From Myxococcota bacterium (GTDB lineage: Bacteria > Myxococcota_A > UBA9160 > UBA4427): a stretch of DNA of 64,000 nucleotides. Of this stretch, positions 57,720-64,000 are shown one piece after another (position 1 is the first letter of the stretch; each line of letters opens with the position of its first letter). The stretch is taken from positions 43,777 to 107,776 of the forward strand of contig JAYZFK010000034.1 of assembly GCA_036336835.1 (NCBI GenBank), given 5' to 3'. Under the pieces are notes generated by a model. The model was not told the DNA's origin. It made no database searches and saw only the letters and a program-made list of their open reading frames with translations. A program made the translations under genes and the position numbers.

Positions 57720-58604
57720 CTAGCCCGCCGCGTCGCGTCGTCGGCTCCTCTCCAGCCGGGCCATCAAGCTGGAGGTGTCCCAGCGGCGTCCACCGAGCGC
57801 CTCGACCTCGGCGTAGAGCTGGTCCACGAGCGCCGCGACAGGGAGCAGCGCGCCGTTGCGACGCGCCTCGGCGAGGGCGATCCGCAGGTCCTTGCGCATC
57901 CACTCGACCGCGAAGCCGTGCTCGAACTCGCCGTCGACCATCGTCCGCCATCGGTTGTCGAGCTGCCAGGACTGCGCCGCACCCTGCGAAATCGCCCCTA
58001 CGACCCTGGCGGGGTCGAGCCCAGCGGCGAGCGCGAAGTGCAGCCCCTCTGCGAGCCCCTCGATCACGCCTGCGATGCAGATCTGGTTCACCATCTTCGC
58101 GAGCTGACCGCTGCCGGTGGCCCCGATGTGACTGACCTGCCGGGCGTACACCTCGAGCAGCGGTCGTGCGGCCAGCACGTCGTCCGCGGCGCCGCCGACC
58201 ATGATCGTCAGCGCGCCCTGCTCCGCGCCCGCCTGCCCGCCCGACACCGGTGCATCGAGGAAACGCAAATTCCGCTGCGCGCAGCGCTCGCCGAGTTCGC
58301 GCGCGAGCTCGGCAGACACGGTGGTGTGATCGATCACCAGGACACCGGCTGTGGCAGCAGCGATCACGCCGTCGTCGATCAGCACGCTGCGCACGTCCGG
58401 ATCGTCGCCGAGACAGCACAGCACGGCCTCGGCGCCCGTGACGGCGGCTCGAGGATCGGCCGCACTCGCACCGCCGTACCGCTCGCACCATGCCCGCGCG
58501 CGATCCGCGCTGCGATTGTAGACGCTGACCTCGTGGCCGGCGGCGACGAGATGGCCCGCCATCGGGCCGCCCATGACACCGAGGCCCAGGAATGCAACAC
58601 GCAT
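57720..58604 (-). CDS. NAD(P)-dependent oxidoreductase, 3-hydroxyisobutyrate dehydrogenase family
   Basis: FLGLGVMGGPMA, DAPVSGG, LTIMVGG, KMVNQI and MRKDL. Confidence 0.92.
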   Translation of the reverse strand: MRVAFLGLGVMGGPMAGHLVAAGHEVSVYNRSADRARAWCERYGGASAADPRAAVTGAEAVLCCLGDDPDVRSVLIDDGVIAAATAGVLVIDHTTVSAELARELGERCAQRNLRFLDAPVSGGQAGAEQGALTIMVGGAADDVLAARPLLEVYARQVSHIGATGSGQLAKMVNQICIAGVIEGLAEGLHFALAAGLDPARVVGAISQGAAQSWQLDNRWRTMVDGEFEHGFAVEWMRKDLRIALAEARRNGALLPVAALVDQLYAEVEALGGRRWDTSSLMARLERSRRRDAAG

Positions 58605-58738
58605 GACGCCCTCCGTCCCGGCGGATTCGGCCGGCCGGGTCCCAGGCATAGCAGGCACACCGGGTACACGCGCCAAATCACTTTGCGACAGCGCCTGCGG
58701 ATGCGAGAATGGCCAACACCCGAGACTGGAGAAGATCG

Positions 58739-59404
58739 ATGCTACGCCTGACGAGATTCGTTGCAGCCATGCTCCTTCTGCTGGCCCCGGCGTCGGGGTA
58801 CGCCGAGACGACTCCGACGCCAGCGGGCTGGGAGCTCGAGAACCGGGACGAGCGGGCCGGCTGGAGCCTCTACACGCGTCGCGTGGCCGACTCCGACTAC
58901 CCCCGCTACCGGCTCGTTGGCCGGAGCAACGAGCCGATCGAGCGCGTGATCGCGGCGCTCCAGCGCAAGGCCCAGGACGACCGCTACCTGCCCAAGGGCC
59001 ACGTGCGGCGCGTGATCGAGCACGGCGATGACTTCTATGTCGCCCACCTGCGCATCGATGCGCCGATCATCGCCGATCGCGATACGGTGTTGCGTCTCGG
59101 CTGGCGAACCGAACCCGACACTGGAATCCACCACGTCGAATGGCGGCAACCGGACGGCGAGCTCCCGCCCGTTGCCGGCGACGCCGTTCGTATCGTGAGT
59201 GAAGGCGCGTGGAAGATCACACCCCTCGCGCAGGGGGGGGCCGAAATCGTGTACGAGAGCCACAGCGAGCTCGGCGACTCGGTCCCCCGCTGGCTGATCA
59301 ACCGCCTGATGGACGATCAGATCGTGAACGAGCTCCTGACGCTGCAACGGATCCTCGACGAAGACCTCCCCGACGTGGCGGCGCCCCCGCGGCCACTCGA
59401 CTGA
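58739..59404 (+). CDS. Secreted START-domain lipid-binding protein
   Basis: Signal peptide MLRLTRFVAAMLLLLAPASGYA. START/SRPBCC-like motifs APIIADRD, GAWKITP and GDSVPRWLIN. Confidence 0.72.
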   Translation: MLRLTRFVAAMLLLLAPASGYAETTPTPAGWELENRDERAGWSLYTRRVADSDYPRYRLVGRSNEPIERVIAALQRKAQDDRYLPKGHVRRVIEHGDDFYVAHLRIDAPIIADRDTVLRLGWRTEPDTGIHHVEWRQPDGELPPVAGDAVRIVSEGAWKITPLAQGGAEIVYESHSELGDSVPRWLINRLMDDQIVNELLTLQRILDEDLPDVAAPPRPLD

Positions 59405-59459
59405 GGCGCCCCGGGCACCGGGCCCGTACACTCCGCGCCGGTCCACCCGCAGGAGCCCG

Positions 59460-62318
59460 ATGACCCCGGCGATCCGACTCGCCTCCGCACTATTCTTTGC
59501 TTCCGGAGCGGCCGCCCTCGTCTTCGAGACCCTGTGGTTCCGGCGCGCGGGCCTGGCGTTCGGCAATAGCGTATGGGCGGGTGCCCTGGTGCTGTCGAGC
59601 TTCATGGCCGGCATGGCGCTCGGCAATGCGCTCGCGGCGCAGTGGGCGTCCCGACTGCGGGCTCCGCTACGTGTGGTGGCGGGGCTCGAACTCGGGATCG
59701 CGGTCATCGGCGTCAGCCTGGTCGCCGCCCTGCCGCTCCTGGGGCCCGCGCTGGCGCCGCTGTTTCGCCCGCTGCTAGCGACACCCTGGTTGGTTCAGCC
59801 GCTGCGCTTCTTGTCCGCCTTCGTGGTGCTGCTCGCGCCCGCGATCGCCATGGGCGCCACGCTGCCACTCCTGGTACACGCGCTGCGCGGGCGCGACCCC
59901 GATTTCGGGCACCTGCTCGGCCGCCTCTACGGTTGGAACACTCTCGGCGCCATGGTCGGCGCGGTGAGCGCCGAACTCATCTGGATCCCGCTCGGCGGGA
60001 TCTACACGGCCGCGGCCGCCGCCGCGGGCCTGAATACCGTCGCCGCAGCCGGAGCGCTCTGGCTCCAGCGAATCGAAGAGCGAGCCACGCCACCACCGCC
60101 CGACACGGCTCCGAGACGGCTGTCGGCAACGGCGATCCGGATCCTGCTCGCCGCAGCGGGAGCGGGCGCGCTGGCGCTCGCGTTCGAGGTGATCTGGTTC
60201 CGCGTCGTGATCCAGTACCTGCCGAACAGCAGCGCGATGTTCGCCTGGATGCTCGCGGTCGTGCTGGGCGGGATCGCACTCGGTAGCCTGCTGGCAAGCG
60301 CCGGCTTCCGTCTCCAGCCGACGCTCGACCGCTTCGCGCCCGCCGTCGCCGCTGCCGCCGGAGCGCTCGCAATCGCGTCGCACGCGTCGATCCCGGGACT
60401 GATCGAGCCTCTCCTCGAGCGAATGGAAGCACTCGACGAACCTCCCGGCGCGCTGTTCCTGCAGCTCGAATCGGCGCTGCTGCTGTCGATCACGCTCATG
60501 CTGCCCGTTTCGGTCGCGTCGGGCATGCTCTTCGCGATGCTCGGCAAACGGCTCGAAGCCGAGCTGGGAATTGCCGGTCGCGCGACGGGCCTGCTCGCGC
60601 TCTCGAACTCCGGCGGCGCGGCCGTCGGCCCGCTCGTCGCTGGCTTCTTGCTGCTCCCGGAGCTCGGGATCGACGGCAGCACGGTGCTGCTGTCGGCGGG
60701 CTACCTGGTCGTCGCCGCACTCGCTTGGGACGCCGCCAGCGCCCGCGCGGCGGCGATCGCCGCAGCGGCGATCACTGGCGTTGCGCTCGCCGTGTTTCCG
60801 TATGGGTTACACGAACGGACCCTGATCCGCATGATCCAGGCTCAGTATGGGGCGAACGAAGAGGTCATCGCCATTCGCGAGGGCGTCGTCGAGACCGCCG
60901 TCGTCACCCGCGTCCGCTGGCGAGGTGAGCCGCGCTATCACCGACTGATCACCGACGGCTACACCATGGCCGCGCAGACGCTGGCGGCCAACCGCTACAT
61001 GCGCCTGTTCGCCTATCTCCCGGCGGCCTTTCACCCGAGACTCGAGAGCGCGCTGCTGATCAGCTTCGGCGTGGGCAACACCGCGATCGCGCTCGCCGAG
61101 CTCGACGAGCTCGAACGGATCGACATCGTCGACATCTCGCCCGAGATCCTGTCGCTCGCAGGCCTGATCCACTCAGAGCCCGGCTCCAATCCACTCGACG
61201 ATCCCCGCGTTCGCGTCCATATCGAGGACGGACGTTATTTCCTGCAGACCGCCACCGAACGCTACGACCTGATCACCGCCGAGCCCCCTCCGCCGGCCTT
61301 CGCCGGAGTGGTGAACCTGTACACCCGCGAGTACTTCGAGCTGATGCGCGGGCGCCTCAAGCCAGGCGGCCTGGCGAGCTACTGGCTGCCCGCGAGCCAG
61401 CTGCGCCCAGTCGACTCGCAGTCGATCGTGGCTGCCTTCTGTGGAGCCTTCCCCGACTGCTCTCTGTGGGAAGCCGATCCGGCCGACTGGATCCTGCTCG
61501 GCTCTCGAGGCGCAACGACACCCGTGTCCGAGGAACGGATCCTCTCCCTGTGGAAGCACGAGCGCCTCGGCCCTTCCCTGCGCGCGATCGGGCTCGAGCA
61601 GCCCGGACAGCTCGGGGCATTGTTCCTCGCAGACGCCGCCTTTCTCGTCGACTGGGCCGCTGCGGCTGCACCCCTGGTCGACGCGCACCCCGAACGGGCT
61701 CCGGCCGTGGTCGCCTCGTGGACCCGATTACCCGATGAATTCGACTGGACCCGAGACGAACACGCCAGGATCAGCCGCTTCGTTTCGGGATCCAAACCGG
61801 GTGGGCTGTGGCCGCGGAGCGTCCTCGAGCAGAGCGTTCCCCACTTCGAGATGGCCAACTTCCTCCGCAACGTCCTGTTCGATTCCGATCGCCCGATCGA
61901 GCGTCGCCTCGCCGAGCTCCACGCCGTGCTCTCGACCGCTTCACTGGAGTCGCCGGTGCGATGGATCCTGGGCAGCAATGACACGATCGCTGCAGCAGCC
62001 GCCCGATTGGCCGACCGCGGTGATTCGAGTCCCGAGGTCCACAGTGAGCTCGCAACGGCTGCGCTGGCGCGACGCGACTTCGACCGGGCGGCTGATCAGC
62101 TCGGCCTGGCTGGCCGCCCGGACACACCTTCCCGCGAGAACCTGCTGCGCGCGTACGCCCTCGCGATGGCGGGGCGCCCCGACGAGGCTCGGCGCGTGGC
62201 GCAGGCTGCCGGGCTCGAGCAGTCGGCCGAGTTTGCGACCGCGTGGCTGGCGATCGTGGCACTGATCGAAGCGGGCCCGGACGATCGAAGCGCGCCTAGG
62301 GACCGCCCATCCAGCTGA
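59460..62318 (+). CDS. Fused membrane domain / spermidine-synthase-like methyltransferase-fold protein, 952 aa
   Basis: About 13 TM segments in two repeats (FFASGAAALVFE; LYGWNTLGA). Then LLISFGVGNT, VDISPE, EDGRYFL, YDLITAEPPPP and NLYTREYF, with a helical TPR-like tail. Confidence 0.85.
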   Translation: MTPAIRLASALFFASGAAALVFETLWFRRAGLAFGNSVWAGALVLSSFMAGMALGNALAAQWASRLRAPLRVVAGLELGIAVIGVSLVAALPLLGPALAPLFRPLLATPWLVQPLRFLSAFVVLLAPAIAMGATLPLLVHALRGRDPDFGHLLGRLYGWNTLGAMVGAVSAELIWIPLGGIYTAAAAAAGLNTVAAAGALWLQRIEERATPPPPDTAPRRLSATAIRILLAAAGAGALALAFEVIWFRVVIQYLPNSSAMFAWMLAVVLGGIALGSLLASAGFRLQPTLDRFAPAVAAAAGALAIASHASIPGLIEPLLERMEALDEPPGALFLQLESALLLSITLMLPVSVASGMLFAMLGKRLEAELGIAGRATGLLALSNSGGAAVGPLVAGFLLLPELGIDGSTVLLSAGYLVVAALAWDAASARAAAIAAAAITGVALAVFPYGLHERTLIRMIQAQYGANEEVIAIREGVVETAVVTRVRWRGEPRYHRLITDGYTMAAQTLAANRYMRLFAYLPAAFHPRLESALLISFGVGNTAIALAELDELERIDIVDISPEILSLAGLIHSEPGSNPLDDPRVRVHIEDGRYFLQTATERYDLITAEPPPPAFAGVVNLYTREYFELMRGRLKPGGLASYWLPASQLRPVDSQSIVAAFCGAFPDCSLWEADPADWILLGSRGATTPVSEERILSLWKHERLGPSLRAIGLEQPGQLGALFLADAAFLVDWAAAAAPLVDAHPERAPAVVASWTRLPDEFDWTRDEHARISRFVSGSKPGGLWPRSVLEQSVPHFEMANFLRNVLFDSDRPIERRLAELHAVLSTASLESPVRWILGSNDTIAAAAARLADRGDSSPEVHSELATAALARRDFDRAADQLGLAGRPDTPSRENLLRAYALAMAGRPDEARRVAQAAGLEQSAEFATAWLAIVALIEAGPDDRSAPRDRPSS

Positions 62319-63453
62319 ACCGGAGGCCTGCGGTCCCCTGGTAGGTCAGACGATCGCGCTGGAGCGTGTAGCTCAAAGCTCCCGAGCTCTGGTAGAGGGG
62401 GTCGTTTGGATCATTGAGCCGCGCGCAGGCGGCTTGGGGGTTCATTGATTTCGCCAGCGCTCGCAGGTTGGACTCTTCGAATGCTTGGGCCTGGACGTAG
62501 CAGCTGGCGAGGTCGACCCGGTGCTCGAGCGGCCCCGAGAGAATCAGCATGAAGTCCACAGCAAGGAAGAAGCCAATCGACAGCGGCCCCTCGCGGTAGA
62601 TCTCGGCGTCGAACTCGATGCGCGGCGCGATCCCGTGGTTCGTCACGCCCTCCTCCGCCGTCACGACAGTGATGCCCGGCGAGACCTCCGGAATGCCCTG
62701 AGTCAGTTCGGCGTGGACCGAGGACCTCGAGTAGAAGTAGTTGAGCGAGGGCTTGAGCTTCAAGTTGTAGCCCTCGATCGGCAGCTGAAACGCGGCGCCC
62801 ATCCCCGCGAGGATCCAGAACTCCTGGTCGACACTGCCGTTCGCAGTGATGTGTTTGTTATTCGGATCTTCATCGATGCAAGGGGGATCGAAGTCGCAGG
62901 GGATCGGCCGGTTGTTGTCGAACCTCGTCTGTTCGCGAACCGTGGCGATCGGGCCCCTGAGCTGATTGCGATAGTCGAACACGAAGAAGGGTCGCGGCTT
63001 GCCGAGCATGCCCTCGATCGACGGCCCCATGATCTCGAAGCCGCCTGCGACCGACGGACCGTCTACGGGGTTGTTACCATCGAGCGGCCCGAGGAAGCTC
63101 AAGGGGGGGCACGGATTGCGTGGGGGGGGGCCGCATGCAGCGTCAGGCGTTGTAACGCCGGGGTTGAACGGCCCCCGGGCGATTCCCTCTTGGTGCAATA
63201 CCCCACCGAAGCGGTCCGTGAACGGCAACGTCCTCACGTTCGAGTCGACACTCTGGTGGTTGACCCCGAGGCCCAAGCGAAGGGACGGAATCCAGTCCGG
63301 TTCGGACGGCCCCTGCTCGAACAGTGCGTTGGCGTCGTACTCCCGAATCGGCTCCTCGCTGGACTCTTTGCCTGCCTGCGCGGTCGCCTGCAGTGGGAGC
63401 AGGAGCATTACGGCTGCACCAAGCAGCCGCTTCGAGACGTTCCGAAGCTGCAT
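62296..63453 (-). CDS. Exported hypothetical protein, probable outer-membrane beta-barrel, 385 aa
   Basis: Signal peptide (…LLLPLQATAQA). Alternating amphipathic strands (LKLKPSLNYF, APRIEFDAEI) and a terminal YQGTAGLRFSW. Loops contain Cys pairs. Confidence 0.6.
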   Translation of the reverse strand: MQLRNVSKRLLGAAVMLLLPLQATAQAGKESSEEPIREYDANALFEQGPSEPDWIPSLRLGLGVNHQSVDSNVRTLPFTDRFGGVLHQEGIARGPFNPGVTTPDAACGPPPRNPCPPLSFLGPLDGNNPVDGPSVAGGFEIMGPSIEGMLGKPRPFFVFDYRNQLRGPIATVREQTRFDNNRPIPCDFDPPCIDEDPNNKHITANGSVDQEFWILAGMGAAFQLPIEGYNLKLKPSLNYFYSRSSVHAELTQGIPEVSPGITVVTAEEGVTNHGIAPRIEFDAEIYREGPLSIGFFLAVDFMLILSGPLEHRVDLASCYVQAQAFEESNLRALAKSMNPQAACARLNDPNDPLYQSSGALSYTLQRDRLTYQGTAGLRFSWMGGP

Positions 63454-63502
63454 TGGGGCCTCTATCCAGGGATCGAGATCGAACGAACCGCCGCCGATCC
63501 TA

Positions 63503-64000
63503 TCACGGATCCGCAGCAGAATTGAGCGCTCCCGAGGTCGAGCGGCCGACCGACGTGAGCCAGTTCGCGCTGCCCCGTGGGGGGAGGCCAACCCAGGCTC
63601 CTTTCATCAGCCGATGCCGCGCGCTCTCGACGGATTCGCGAAACGGACGCCCCTGCTGGTAAACGTTCGCCTGCGCTTCCAGTGCTTGCGCGTATGGCGT
63701 CGCACCGCGATCGCGCGCCACGCGCGCGGCATCGAGCGCGAGGCTCTTCGCAACGCGCATGCGGCCCTCTCCAGCGGCCAGTGCGGCGCGCACTTCCAGA
63801 ACATTAGGATGATCCGACTCTGCGCTTCCCTGACGAATGACAGCGAGCGCCCGGCGAACATCCTGAAGCGCCCCATCCGGAGCGGACAACAGCATCCAGG
63901 CGAGCGTCGTTCCCGCCGCTCTGGAGTCCGGCGCTTGCTCGCGCGCCGCATGCGCCCGATCGATCGCACGCGCCCAATTACCCGCCGCCCAGTCGATGCG
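63503..64000 (-). CDS. C-terminal part of a TPR-like protein (5' end lies outside the window)
   Basis: Frame is open from 64000: RIDWAAGNWARAIDRAHAAREQAPDSRAAGTTLAWMLLSAPD...RRALAV...HPNVLEVRAALAA. Confidence 0.6.
   Translation of the reverse strand, partial: RIDWAAGNWARAIDRAHAAREQAPDSRAAGTTLAWMLLSAPDGALQDVRRALAVIRQGSAESDHPNVLEVRAALAAGEGRMRVAKSLALDAARVARDRGATPYAQALEAQANVYQQGRPFRESVESARHRLMKGAWVGLPPRGSANWLTSVGRSTSGALNSAADP

Noticed and set aside
59233..59240. G8 run in the START-domain gene as a phase-variation site
   Set aside because: The frame is intact, the run falls in a Gln-Gly-Gly-Ala turn, and the gene is not an obvious contingency locus.
59460..62318. Fused membrane/spermidine-synthase protein as a novel system
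   Set aside because: A widespread, already recognised architecture. Nothing in the local context is distinctive.
1..64000. CRISPR arrays, tRNA/rRNA genes, IS elements, prophage or anti-phage defence genes
   Set aside because: No regularly spaced direct repeats, cloverleaf-like segments, transposase/integrase motifs or recognisable defence domains were seen by eye. A covariance-model scan could still find small RNAs.

Overview
High-GC (about 70% by eye), densely coding bacterial DNA with about 49 CDSs. I saw no rRNA, tRNA, CRISPR array, transposase or phage gene. The gene content (exosortase, several GT-C membrane glycosyltransferases, MMPL, fused membrane/spermidine synthase) suggests a diderm Myxococcota-like lineage, but this is inference only. 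From left to right: an RND efflux pair; enoyl-CoA hydratase and acyl-CoA ligase; a PAS hybrid kinase; and a minus-strand operon of TetR, SAM methyltransferase and an HgcAB-like corrinoid/membrane/ferredoxin fusion, with a perfect 12-bp palindromic operator. Next come an exosortase H-like gene with a partner membrane protein and a ~27 kb surface-glycan locus. That locus holds 4 GT-C-like proteins, 2 GT4, 3 GT2, an ArnA-like SDR, a deacetylase, a radical SAM enzyme, a Wzx and an LPG-synthase-type flippase, 2 UGM/PPO-like flavoproteins, 2 sulfatase-fold proteins, a PPTase and a DegT aminotransferase. It is followed by two CotH-like/beta-helix proteins that look catalytically dead and a 1180-aa exported protein with an atypical kinase-like motif set. 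The right end has lysA, a plant-type glucuronokinase-like kinase coupled to a nucleotidyltransferase, MMPL, hisEG and housekeeping-type genes. The best candidates for undescribed systems are (1) the TetR-regulated methyltransferase/HgcAB-like module, (2) the CotH pseudokinase pair plus atypical kinase trio, and (3) a glucuronate-salvage, Arn-like lipid-linked glycosylation pathway beside an exosortase. All functional calls come from motif recognition by eye, not from database searches. Start codons were adjusted by hand where overlaps or RBS-like sequences supported it.
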